Below, in pieces: positions 24,545 to 37,544 of a stretch of DNA of 64,000 nt; the first letter of the stretch is position 1, and every line of letters starts with the position of its first letter. Source of the DNA: Octopus vulgaris (Eukaryota); contig OX597819.1 in the NCBI GenBank assembly GCA_951406725.2, forward strand, positions 55,738,001-55,802,000. Direction: 5' to 3'. The translations under genes were made by a program, and so were the position numbers. The notes beneath the pieces are model-generated. The model searched no databases. It saw nothing but the letters and a program-made list of their open reading frames with translations, and had not been told where the DNA came from.

Positions 24545-24900
24545 AATTAGTGTTTAGATATGTGATAATAATATCCATATTTGTAACTCCAATGCTCTGA
24601 TGTGTAGTGGTAATGTTTGCTTTTGTAAAAACATTGCTCAGGTGTTTGATAATGTTCATATTTGTGATTACTGTGCTCCAGTGTGTGATGATAACATTCA
24701 TTTTCATTATTGCAGTGCTAAGCTCTGTGCTGATAACGTCCAATTTTTATGATAGTAATGCTCAATGTTTAATGATAATGCCCATGATTACATTGCTCAA
24801 GTGTGTTTGCTGGTAATGTCCAAATTTATAATTACAACGTCCAGTCTCCAAGTTTATGATAAACATGGTAAATGTATTTAACATTATGATTATGGCCCAA
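24545..24900. repeat. Degenerate ~36-bp minisatellite directly after a retinochrome exon
   Basis: Recurring tgtgatgataatgttcatatttgtgattactgtgctc-like units. Confidence 0.6.
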
Positions 24901-25332
24901 ACTTTTGTAGTTATAGTTTAATATTAAGGGGTTAAATGGTCTCTGTAGGCTATACTAGTTTTATTTAGAGTTACCATTCTCTGAGATGGGTTGCCTTTGC
25001 TGTGACTAGCAGAGTCCGCATCTTTTCTGTTCCTTCTGTTCTCTTCTTCCTTCTATATTTTTGTTCTGTCTTGCATAGGACATCAGGCTATTCATGGAAA
25101 GTTTCAGTACTCTTTTACTTGTTTCAGTCATTTGATTGTGGCCATGCTGGAGCACTGCCTTTTAGTCGAGCAAATTGACGCCAGGACTTATTCTTTGTAA
25201 GCTTAGTACTGATTCTATTGGTCTCTTTTGCTGAACCGCTAAGTTACATAAACGTAAACACACCAGCATCGGTTGTCAAGCGATGCTGGGGGACAAACAC
25301 AGACATACAAACACACATACATATATATATAT

Positions 25333-25992
25333 GTTAGTTAGTTAGTTAATTTTTGGCTCAAAAAGCAAAAAGCAAGACCATGTAGGGGGACATGGAGTTA
25401 TGTACAGGGTGGTGTTCATGTAAAGAGTTCAGGCCATTTGAGGTCAAGGGAGACTTTGAACAAAGCAGTCGTCGGCATCTTCACCATCTCGTCTGGCAGC
25501 TTGTTCCACGGATCCGCAACCCGGACAGAGAAAGCCCCTCTCCTTTGATTGAGATGAAGTTGTCGCAGATAGAGCTTTTCGGAATGACCCCGCAGCCGAC
25601 GCTCTGGAGCAGGAGTGAAGAACAGCTCTTTCGAGAGGTTACACTTTCCGCTTATGATGTTGTGAGCGAGAATGAGATCACCACGGCGACGGCGTTTTTC
25701 TAGAGAATAAAGGTCGAGCGTCTTCAGCCTTTCTTCATAAGACAAATTCTTGAGACCATGAACCATGCGGGTAGCCAGCTTCTGGACTCTTTCGAGATGC
25801 TGTATGTCTTTGAGGAGATAAGGAGAAGAGGCTTGAATCCCGTACTCCAATAAGGGTCTCACCAGCGTGACATAGAGCGGTAGGAATATGGCTGCTGTGA
25901 GCATTCCGAATGACCGTCGAATCAAGAACAGAATTCCGCATGCTTTGTTGGCAGCATGAGCGCACTGGGCCGAAGGCGAAAAGGAGGAATCC
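25333..25992 (-). mobile_element. CR1-group LINE 3' fragment
   Basis: ORF with LYVTLVRPLLEYG...LERVQKLATR...SYEERLKTLDLYSLEKRRRRGDLI...FSVRV..WNKLP and an (AACT)n tail. Inserted in a SINE (TA)n tract. Confidence 0.93.
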
Positions 25993-27418
25993 ATATATAT
26001 AAATATATACGACAGGCTTCTTTCAGTTTCTGTCTACCAAATCTACTTACCAGGCTTTGGTCAGTCCGAGGCTATAGTAGAAGACACTTGCCCAAGGTGC
26101 CACACAGTGGGACTGAACCCGGAGTCATGTGGTTCGTAGGCAAGCTACTTACCACACAACCTCTTCTTATCCTATTTAAAGATGTTTATATCATAATTGA
26201 TGTGTACACACTCTGTAAAGAAAGACAAAATTTATACAGAACCAAATTTCTTATTTCTTTATTGCCCACAATGGGGCTAAACATAGAGGGGACAAACAAG
26301 GACAGACAAAGGGATTAAGTCGATTACATCGAGCCCAGTGTGTTACTGGTACTTAATTTATCAACTCCGAAAGGATGAAAGGCAAAGTCGACCTCGGCGG
26401 AATTTGAACACAGAATGTAACTGCAGACAAAATACCGCTAAGCATTTTGCCCGGCATGCTAATGGTTCTGCCAGCTCGCCACCTCACAAAAGCAAATTTC
26501 TATGCATACTCACAAAAAAACTTAGAGGACACACTGGGTTTTTTTTATTTGTGTGTTTGAATGTATGAAAGTATTTGATCAGATTTGAATTCAAAAATAC
26601 TTCCACCTCAATGAATCTAAAGCTCTAATCCTATTAACAAGTAAGCTACTTCTGAATGTTGATTGTATTAACCTTATTTGGTGTGTAAATGAACCTTTTG
26701 GTAGCTTATATAACAAACATGATTACTATGGCAGTGTTGCTTTTAGCATTGAGTTAGTGGTGATGGTTACTGTTTAGTTCCAAGTCCATCCTCACTGAAT
26801 GAATCTGTGATCAAACACATAACACTTTGGCCATCTTATCATTTTTACTAAGCTTAACCCTTTGGCACTCAGATTAATCTATCATATGTAATACTTATTT
26901 ATTCACATTGTTTTGAATAAACCATGAATAATTTTGTAGCTTTGAGATTTCAATGATGTGATTGTTTACTTTTAGAATGACACTGTAGGGTAGGTGTGAG
27001 AGGCTGGATCTGGCTAGTTTTACTCTTTTATTTGTTTGAGTCATGTGACTGCGGCCATGCTAGAGCACCGCCTTTAGTCGAGCAAATTGACCCCAGGACT
27101 TATTCTTTGTAAGCCTAGTACTTATTCTATCAGTCTCTTTTACCGAACTGCTAAGTTACATACCAGCATCGGTTGTCAAGCGATGTTGGGGGGGACATAT
27201 ACAGACATACAAACACACATATATATCTATATATATATATATGTACATATAAAAACGACAGGCTTCTTTCAGTTTCCGTCTACCAAATCCACTCACCAGG
27301 CTTTGGTCGGCCCGAGGCTATAGTAGAAGACATTTGCCCAAGGTGCCACGCAGTGGGACTGAACCCGGAACCATGTGGTTCGTAAGCAAGCTACTTACCA
27401 CACAGCCACTCCTACACC

Positions 27419-27475
<57 letters not shown>

Positions 27476-28201
27476 ATATAAAAAACATTGAATATTTGGG
27501 CTGGGTCTGGTTTGAATACTAAAGGGTTAATTTATCCCAGACTGCATTATTCTGTATGTTCTTCTTAGACTGTATGGTGAGTGGTTTGAGGGAGTTTGGC
27601 TGTACTTTGCCAGCATGTTAAATGACTGTATAGAGAGGTTTTCATTGACTATATATTGTGGAAGAGGTTAGCATTTATCAATCAGATCAATTGATTGAAG
27701 ATGTTCCAGCCATGACCATCCCGTCGTTTTGAAAATCTAGGGCTCTTTTGTTCAATAAGCTCTTCTTTTACTAAGATGAAAGGGTGTGTAATATGAGGGA
27801 GAATTGGCTGCTATATCTAGCGAGTTGAGCAACCATGTAGCTGCTCCTTTGTTCACTCGCTGATAATGTGTTAGGGATAGGGACAGTTGTAGTAGTGATA
27901 GTACTGTTAGTGATATTAGTGGTAGTAATAATAACAGTGATGGTGGTAGAGATAATTATAAGACTCTTCAGGTTTGACAGGAATTCTATGTTTTATAAAC
28001 ATTCATAGGCGCAGTAGTGGCTGTATGGTAAGCAGCCATAGGCACAGGAGTAGCTGTGTGGTAAGCAGCTTGCTTACCAACCACATGGTTCTGGGTTCAG
28101 TCCCACTGCGTGGCCCCTTGGGCAAGTGTCTTCTACTATAGCTTCGGGCCGACCAAAGCCTTGTGAGTGGATTTGGTAGATGGAAAATGAAAAGAAGCCC
28201 G

Positions 28202-28261
<60 letters not shown>

Positions 28262-28767
28262 CAAAATCAAATTCGATGACTGGCATCCGTGCTAGCAAGG
28301 AGCAAAGAGCACCATACAAGTGTGATCGTTGACAGAGCGGCTAAGCAGCTTCCATGCCAGTGGCACATAAAAGGCAACATTCGAGTGTGATCATGACCTG
28401 CATTGCCTTACTGGCACTTGAGCCCCATCCGAGTGTGATCGTTGCCAGAGTGGCTAACTGGCTTCCGTGCCGGTGGCACGTAAAAGGCACCATTCGAGCG
28501 GGATCATTACCAGCATCACCTTACTGGTCCCTGTGCCAGTGGGATGTGTAAAATGATTCAAGTAAGGTCATTGCCAGTACTGCCTGACTGGCCCCCATCC
28601 CGGTGGCACATAAAAGCACCCACTACACTCTTGGAGTGGTTGGCATTAGGAAGGACAGCCATCTGGTTCGCCAGCCATCTGGTTCGCCAGCCATCTGGTT
28701 CGCCAGCCCTCAGTCAAATTGTCCAACCCATGCTAGCATGGAAAGCGGATGTTAAACGATGATGATG

Positions 28768-28817
<50 letters not shown>

Positions 28818-30650
28818 CATATGTAGGTATATGATTGTGCATCTGTGTTTGTCCCCCCCCCCCCCAACATCACTTGACAACCGATGCTGGTGTGTTTACA
28901 TCCCTGTAACTTAGCGGTTTGGCAAAAGAGACCGATAGAATAAGTACTAGGCTTGCAAAGAATAAGTCCTGGGGTCAATTTGCATGACCAAAGGTGGTGC
29001 TCCAGCATGGCCGCAGTCAAATGACTGAAACAAATAAAAGGATATAGGTAAATATAATGTCTGTATGTGTCTGTGTCTGTGTCTTTGTTTGTCCCTCACT
29101 GCTGCTTGACAACTGGTGTTGGTGTGTTTGTGTCCCTGTAACCAACAAAATGAGTACCAAGCCGTTAAAAGATAAGTACTGTGGTCAATTTGTTTAGTGA
29201 AAACTCTTCAAGGCAGTGCCCTACTCATTCATTTCTTTATGTCATCAAATATGCTTGTGGAATGCTTGAGAAGCTGAAATGGAATATGAAGTGTCTTAAT
29301 GTTTTGGACCTCCTCCTCCCCCTCCTTCTTCTTCTTCTTTTTCTTCTCAAGACTCACGCCATTAGCCACAAAGAATAATCTCTAATTCGAGCCTACTCTA
29401 AGCTACTAAGAATGCGTGTGGCAACTTGAAGATCCACCCACCACACGCGATAAACTGGCGGTTGCACGGGCGCAAAAGCTACGTTGTTATCCTCATTTCG
29501 TAAATGGTGGCTTTTAACAGGTGGAGAGCTGAACCATCCTGGGGTACAGAGGATTCACAATCTAGACTAGGGTCTGAAAGTTTACCACACCATAGTGGGT
29601 TACACTATGGTACCTCTGCTTTGTGACACAAGTAGAAAGAAAGAGTGAGAGAAAGTTGTGGTGAAAGAGTACAGTGGGGTTCACCACCACCCTGCATTGG
29701 AGCCTCATAGAGCTTACGTGTTTTTGCTCAATAAACACTCACAATGCCCTGTCTGGGAATCGAAACCGTGTTCTTACGACTGTGAGTCCGCTGCTCTAAC
29801 CACTGGGCCATTGCGCCTCCACTGATACTGTTATTGGCTGTGATGACAGTGATGATGGTGGTGGTGAAGATGATGACAACGACGATGATGGTAATAGTGG
29901 TGGTGGTGTGGTGTTGGTGGTAACAATAATTATGACAATGGTAGTGATGATGATGATAGTAATAACAATGTTTTATAGCTATCATAATAATCAATAACAG
30001 AATATTTTTTAAATTAACAACTACTTTAGATACTCAGTGATTTGATACTTAATAGTTAGGAATTCTTTTGAATAGATGGCAGTTGATATAATCTCATATT
30101 ATTTTATTAATCCAAACAATATATCTGTACAATTACAATATAATTAGTACATATTATTAATTGTTAACATTGTAAGGTGACAAGATGGCAGAATTGTTAG
30201 CATGGCGGACAACATGCTTAGCGGCATTTCCTTTCTCTTTGTGTTCTGAGTTCAAATTCTGCTGGGATCAGCTTTGCTTTTCATCCTTTCAGGGTTGATA
30301 AAATAATTATTAGTTTATCTTTAGGGTCAGTGTATTTCACTTACTCCTCACTCTCCCTAAATTGCTGGCCTTGTGCCAAAATTTTCAAACCATTATTATT
30401 ATTATTATTATTATTATTAGTAGTAGTAGTATTATTAAGGCGGTGAACTCACAGAATTGTTAGCATGCCGGACAAAATGGTTAGTAGCATTTCGTCTATC
30501 TTCACGTTCTGAGTTCAAATTCCGCCAAAGTCGACTTTACTTTTCATCCTTTTGGAGTTGATAAATTAAGCACCAGTGAAACACTGGGGCTGATGTAATT
30601 GACTAGTCCTCCTCCACAAAATGTCAGGCCTTGTGCCTATAGTAGAAAGG

Positions 30651-30713
<63 letters not shown>

Positions 30714-31229
30714 TTTGAGTGAGAGAGCAGTGCATGCCATCAAAGTGACATTGGGGTAAAATATACATAACCCAGTATACCCATCATGACTACACTAGGC
30801 ACATGCATCACAACCATATGTGTGCGACATGGTCATCTCATATCAAGATAAACAGCACATGACCTTGCAGGTGGGGCCCAGTTACAATTTTCTTCTGGTC
30901 AAGTAACCCATCACGCTCAAAAGGTCCTTGAATAAGGGTTGTTTAAGGATGTTGAACGAAACACCCATTTTTCCAGAAGTGAATCATTTAAACCCCAAAG
31001 AATCTCTCTCAGCACCAGGCTATGATGCTCCCCCACTACTTCTGCTCATGATCAGAGATGCATATATTATCAGCCACTAAGGGATATGCTCAACTGGTTA
31101 AGGTCAAACAACTGACAAGCAAATCTGTAACCCATCTTTTATACCAAGACAAAACAATGTACATGATAACATTTCCAATCAATTAAGATCAGAATCCACG
31201 AGAGCCACTGCCTGGTACTGCATCAGTGC

Positions 31230-31232
<3 letters not shown>
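30714..31232. mobile_element. Non-coding element inserted within an (ATT)n microsatellite
   Basis: ~520 bp of complex sequence flanked on both sides by (ATT)n runs. Confidence 0.55.
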
Positions 31233-31256
<24 letters not shown>

Positions 31257-31262
<6 letters not shown>

Positions 31263-31490
31263 GGTGGTGAGCTGACAGAATTGTTAGTACACCAGACAAA
31301 ACGCTAAGTGGTATTTCGTCCATCTTTACGCTCCGAATTCAAATACCACCGAGGTCGACTTTGCCTTTCATCTTTATGGGGTCGATAAATTAAGTACCAG
31401 TTGCATACTGGGGTCGATGTGATCGATTGTCCCCCTTCCCCACAATAATCCAGGCCTTATGTCTATAGTAGAAATGATGATTATTATTAT
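31257..31490 (+). mobile_element. Representative copy of a second tRNA-derived SINE family with (ATT)n tails
   Basis: aaggtggtgagctgacagaattgttag...gaggtcgactttgcctttcatc...taagtaccagtt. Many copies, often in tandem, e.g. 1-170, 570-790, 835-1010, 6130-6620, 30175-30655, 44110-44340, 55210-55635, and - strand 26255-26482, 42845-43045, 48145-48372. Confidence 0.9.
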
Positions 31491-31739
31491 GAGGATAAGT
31501 ATGATGATGATTACATACATTTATAATATTTATAATACAGACGTCAACAATATACATCAAAGACATATTTTTTAACCCTTTGAATGTGGAAACTGGATAT
31601 ATCTGATAAAAATTTCACTACTGTTAACTGCAGAAAGCAGTTTTATACAACCTCTCCTTTTACAGCCAGAAGTGAAGACATCCCCAGTGACACCTTTTAC
31701 AAAAGACAATTTTTCAGATTTTCATAATTGTTTCACATA

Positions 31740-32330
31740 CAGTTCTATCTTTGAGAGATGAGGAATTATGTACATTATTTACATTTGATGGATATTTGTC
31801 CTCATCTTGTTTATTGTTAACACATTTTGGCTGATGTACTCTCCAGCCTTCATCAGGTGTCCTGGGGGAATTTTGAAACTGGGTACTCATTCCTAAGGTA
31901 TTTTTCTGATGTTATTATTTATCATCATCATCGTTTAGCGTCCACTTTCCATGCTGGCATGGGTTGGACGGTGCAACTGGGGTCTGGGAAGCCAGAAGGC
32001 TGCACCAGGCCCAGGCAATGTTTCTATGGCTGGATGTCCTTCCTAACGCCAACCACTCCATGAGTGTAGTGAGTACTTTTTACGTGCCACCGGCACAGGT
32101 GCCAGATGAGGTTGGCAAACATTATTATTATTATTCAGGTTATTGCCTGGAATCGAACTCGGAATCTTGGGGTTAGTAGCTTGCGCTCTTAACCACTATG
32201 CCATATGCCGGTGAGCAATTATGGAGTGAATTTTAGGGCTTATAAATCTAATATTTTCCTCTCCTTCCTTTCACATATTTCATCAAATATTCCCTTACAG
32301 AACAATATTCAAATACTTTTGGTGATAGAT
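31740..32330 (-). mobile_element. Element with tRNA-like Pol III head followed by a decayed hammerhead motif, interrupted by an RTE-3'UTR fragment (31921-32120)
   Basis: A-box TGGCATAGTGG (32203-32193), B-box GAGTTCGATTC (32160-32150). Downstream GACAC-CUGAUGA-A-GGCUG(loop)CAGCC-AAAAU-GUGUU at 31862-31818. Confidence 0.65.
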
Positions 32331-34398
32331 ATGAAAATTGTACCTACAGGAGATACTGAAAAAGTATTGCAGAAGCAGAAAATATCAATGTTATTTTTTG
32401 GATGATAATTGAAATTTAACTATGTTGTCAAAGTGCTAAGAGAGTTTTCATTATCTGGTAATAGATTAGATTTCCATAGTAGAAAGGGAAAAAAATTGTT
32501 TTTTGTTGTCAAGCAGTTTTGGTAAAAAGGCAGTGAATGAACAGAATTTTTAGGGCATTGGACAAAATGCTTTGTGGTGTGTATATGTTCTAGTTCTTTA
32601 TGTTCTAGGTTCAAATCTTGGTGAGGTCAGCTTTATCTGTCAACCTTCAGGGATTGATAAAATAAAGTACTACAATTGCTTTGTGGTACTTGTCCTGACT
32701 TTATATTCCAGGTTCAAACATTGCTGAGATCAACATTACCTTCTATTCTTGTAGTTCATGAAACAGAGTACCAGTCGAGGGCATTGGATTTTTTCTGTTT
32801 TCTTTTCATATTTTTTTTATTTTAGCAGAATTCTTAAGAGCATTGGACAAATTGCTTTGTGATATTTGTTCTGGCTCTTTATGGTCTGAGTGCCAAGGTA
32901 AGTGTGGTGAGCAAGTCTGTGTCCTAACAACAAGATGGTATCTTGAACTCTTATCAGAAGGAATGTAATGTGAAATCACCATTGTATTTTCCTCTGAAAA
33001 TTCTATAACAAGGACATAGCGCCTGCAAAGGAAATCATCAGGAGTTGTTTGGTGACCTGATAGTGAAGAGAAGGGAAGGAATGATTTACTTTGGCTAGCT
33101 TTGTTTCATTGCATTTACAACATCAAAGGAACCAATTGAATAATATGCTTACATGAATGCTTTTCACATGGTTTACTGAATAAAACAGAGTGGAAGGTAA
33201 ATCTACCTTCAAAAAGGTACCAGGAGATAAAAAGAATGAAAGATGTTGGGAACTCCTGATTTATGGGAATGCTAAATGGAGTCCAGTGCTAGGCTACTTG
33301 ACTTGTACTTTATTTTATTGACCTCAGAAGGAACAGAAAATAAAGTCGACACTGGTAAGATTTGAATTCAAAAAAATAAAGATGACTCTAATGATTTGAT
33401 CAAAGAGTGTGAGCTGGTGCTCCTAAATCATACATGTAACAGGATGCATCCCTGTTTCTGAGTTGTGTTGTTTGTTGGATACAAAATCCAACCAATGGTA
33501 ATCCATAATCCTGCAAAGTGTCCTGGTACGAAAGGAGTTCAGGCAGCTCCTAAGGGCCCTGGACAGTGTCCCAGTCTCGCAGTCTTACTTCAGAACAGGG
33601 AGGACCAGAGACCTAAAGACCCAAACCTTTGTCCTCCTGCGCAGATATCTTCACTGAGAATCTGGCTGGGTTGACAGCTTGTGTTGGTTGACCACATACC
33701 ACATGGTCATGGCAAATGAGGAGGTACCATGCAGAGATGAGAATTGTTTAGGATTCTGCTTGACAAGTGACTCAGGAGGACCTGGAAATATTCTGACTAA
33801 TGGTAAATGCAGCAATTTGACCCAATGGTTTCCACAATCCATTACCATATTCCCTTGCAGTGGTGCTTTTGTAAAATGTATTTCTGTGTTAATGTTATAT
33901 ATTATTCTAAATGCTTGTCAAACTTTCTTAAGGACACTAGAGGTGCAGGAGTGGCTGTGTGGTAATTAGTTTGCTTACCAGCCACATGGTTCAGTCCCAC
34001 TGCGTGGCACCTTGGGCAAGTGTCTTCTACTATAGCCTCGGGCCGACCAAAGCCTTGTGAGTGGATTTGGCAGACGGAAACTGAAAGAAGCCCGTCGTAT
34101 ATATGTAAATGTATATGTTTGTGTGTGTGTGTGTTTGTCCCCCCCAACATCGCTTGACAGCTGATGCTGGTGTGTTTACGTCCTTGTAACTTAGCTGTTT
34201 GGCAAAAGAGACCGATAGAATAAGAACTAGGCTTACAAAGAATAAGTCCTGGGGTCGATTTGCTTGACTAAAGGCAGTGCTCCAGCATGACCACAGTCAA
34301 ATGACTGAAACAAGTGAAAGAGTAAAAAAAATAGAGACACTATTCATGATGTTTTCCATATGAGTAATATTGAATTATGCTATTGTTTCTAATTCCAG

Positions 34399-34495
34399 AC
34401 AAAAGAATGCCTTCCATTTACTACACCTTGTTGATTGCCGCTATGTATTCAGTTGGTACTTTCTGGGCTGTCATGCCTCTTCTGGGATGGGGCGA
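34399..34495 (+). CDS. Retinochrome coding exon (TM4)
   Basis: ttccag acceptor, ga|gtaagt donor. (Y)KRMPSIYYTLLIAAMYSVGTFWAVMPLLGWG(E), opsin TM4 W..MPLLGW motif. 97 nt, phase consistent. Confidence 0.94.
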
Positions 34496-35973
34496 GTAAG
34501 TATTCTTTGAAACTGTGTCATTATCTTTCGTCTTTGGATTTGGTTTGCAAGATTCTTTATATGAGTTCATGTGTTGGAGCATATTCTGTTGTGTCTGGGG
34601 AGAGTCATTTTCTTTTTGTGCCTTATAATGTAACACACTCATCGGTGAAATTATCACTTGTTTCTTATTTTTATTTTCCTAAAATTTTTGTTGTGTCTTG
34701 CAACCTTTTCAATAGTCTTGACTCTGTCCGTTATTTACACTGCGTTCCTTTTTGTTTGTTTGTGCGCATGTGTGTGGGTCAGTGTGTGTGTGTGTGTGTG
34801 CCTATGCATGTATGTATGTGTGTATGTATGTTTGCATGTGTATGTATGTATATATGTGTGTGTATGCATATGTATATATGTATGTATGTGCGTGCATCTG
34901 TATGTATGTATCCTGCATATTCATGTGCTTGCATGTTTGTGCTTGTGTATTTTCTATGTATGTGTGTGTGTGAGCGTGTGTTTGTATATGTATGCACCTC
35001 TGTCTCCTTATGTATGCATGTCTGTGTGTGTGTGTTTGTGTGTTATGCAACTATGTACCATGTTTGTATGTATGGATGTGCATCTCTATATATGTGGATC
35101 TGTGTCCCCATATGTGTCCTTGTGTGGAGTAAAGTGTGAGTGCTTATATGGTCATGTGTTTCGGTCTCCATTTGCATATGTGTGCTTGTCTGTTCTTATA
35201 ACCTATGTACCTATCCATCTGTACGTTGATTTGTTTGTCATTATCATTTAACATCTGTTTTCCATGATGGCATGGGTTAGATGATTCAACAAGAGCTGTC
35301 AAGCCAGAGGTCTGCACTAAACTCCGATGTCTGCTTTTGCATGGTTTCTGTGGCTGGATGCATTTCTTAACATCAACCACTTTACAAAGTATACTGGGTG
35401 CTTTTTACTTGGCACTGGAACTAGTAAGGTCACCAAATAACTCACAAGACACCCTCAACTGAGTGGGGAGTAATATTTAAGGAGGTGGCTTTATGCCCTT
35501 CAAAAATATTGAACCTTTAGTACATTAGCTGTGGCCATTTAGCTCTACCAAAATAGTAGTGTGTGTGTGTTCCCTCTCTTAGACACACACCAGTTTTTTC
35601 TCTCTCTTTTCTTTCTCATTCACCCATACAAACATGCATTTTCTCTTTCACTCTCTTACACACATACTGCCCCCCCCCCCCCATACATACACATGCACCC
35701 TCACACACAAACATGTTCTCTCTCTTTACCACCCTCTCTTTTTCTCGCGCTCTCTCTCTTTCACACACACATACATAAACATGCTTTCTCTCTCTACTGC
35801 CCTCTCTCTTCCTCTCTTACATACACACCCAAACATGCTTTCCCACTCTCTTTTCCTCTCTCTCTCTCACTCACATGCTTTCTCTCTTCCTATCACACTC
35901 ACAAGTATGTTTTCTCTCACACACACTCTCAAGCATACTCCCTGCCTCTGATGAACCCATAAAGATACTTCCT

Positions 35974-36008
<35 letters not shown>

Positions 36009-36029
36009 CAATGCATATCCAGCATGGAC

Positions 36030-36885
36030 TGGCAACTCAAGCTGGCTGTGGTCAAATGTACCACCATGCATTTTGGGAGGAGAAACCCAGCGTCTACTTA
36101 CTCCCTCCACAACACTAATCTCAAAAAGTCTTCGTGTGAACGTGACCTGGGTGTTATTGTCGACAGCGATTTGCGTTGGACAAAATAGATCGCTAAAATT
36201 GCCAAGAAGGCTGTGGGTGTCTTGGCATCACTCACCAAGTCCTTTGTAAGCCGCTCTCTGGCTATCTATCTGCGGCTTTATATAGCTATGGTGCGATATC
36301 ACCTGGAATTTGCATCACTGGTCTGGAACCCCTATCTTGCCCAGGATATTAATCGTCTGGAAGCTGTTCAGCGATGTGCAACCAAGAGAATACCCTCCAT
36401 CAGGCATTTGCCATATTCTGAACACCTTACTTTCCTGGGTATGGACACATTGAAACTCTGATGTCTGGCAGCTGACTTGGCAGACATCCATAAAATCATT
36501 AACCATCTTACAAACAATAACTCTGAGCACCTTTTCAAACTCCACCTGTCTAACACCCGTGGACATGTTTACAAAGTCAGAAAACAGCACAGCTCCCATG
36601 ACTTTCAGAAACATTTTTTCACGCTAAGAGTTGCTGAAGCATGGAACAGACTGCCAGCATCAGTTGTTAGTTGTCAGAGCACTGCATCCTTCAAAACTTC
36701 CATGCTTCCTGAGATTCACCAACACTACACCTGATTTTCTCCCCTCCAATTACACGCAAGCATGTATCTGACTCATACACTGTTCGCTTTCCAGACATTT
36801 GTACATTACTGCATATACTTTATACGCACTTTTTGACAAGTTGTGGTGCACCTGAGCACTGTATACAATAATTTCATTATTATCT
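36030..36885 (+). mobile_element. CR1-group LINE 3' fragment
   Basis: DLGVIVD, LYIAMVRYHLEFASLVWNPYL...LEAVQRCATK, RGHVYK and FFTLRVAEAWNRLP, with stops and frameshifts. Confidence 0.9.
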
Positions 36886-37279
36886 TATTATCTTATATAC
36901 TTACTGTCTTTCACAATCATGACCTCTCACTCTCTTTCCCTCTCATAAACACACGTGATCACGTCACCAATCAGACTATCAGATGATGTTACACACCACT
37001 GGTCACAATGCGCTTTGCATCATTTTAGCCATCCAATGACGCTACTCCACTGGCTAGGTAAGCAGATCAACATTCTCCACCTCCCACTGATCGAAAGGGA
37101 TACTGGAGTAATATGAAATGCAGTGTTTTGCTTAAGCACCCAACATACCACCCTATCTGGGAATTGATCCCATGATCTCACATTTGTGAGTGCAACAGCC
37201 TAACCATGAGGCCACACGCCATCACCATAAACATAACATGCATACTCTAAATTCACTTTTATTTTGATTTATTTTACAG

Positions 37280-37499
37280 GTATGGACTGGAGCCAACAGG
37301 AACCTCTTGTACCATTTCTTATATCAATGCCACTGACAGCTTCCAGTCTTTGATCATGTCAATGGTTATTGTTACCTACTCTTTCCCAATTGTTGTATCT
37401 TGCTATGCTGTCTCCAAGGCATGGACAGCACTTGGCAACATGTCGGACAGCGAGAAGGAAAAGGACCGTGATTTGTTATCTGAAGAGCAGTTAACTGCT
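37280..37499 (+). CDS. Retinochrome coding exon (EL2 with Glu181-equivalent counterion, TM5)
   Basis: ttttacag acceptor, gct|gtaagt donor. YGLEPTGTSCTISYINATDSFQSLIMSMVIVTYSFPIVVSCYAVSKAWTALGNMSDSEKEKDRDLLSEEQLTA. Glu codon at 37290-37292; EKEKD.D.LSEEQLTA is characteristic of cephalopod retinochrome. Confidence 0.95.
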
Positions 37500-37544
37500 G
37501 TAAGTGGTTATCATTTGTTTTCATATTTCTTTCAAATTCTAAGA

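Noticed and set aside
32136-32203. Functional tRNA gene
   Set aside because: A and B boxes are present but there is no proper acceptor stem; treated as a tRNA-derived element head.
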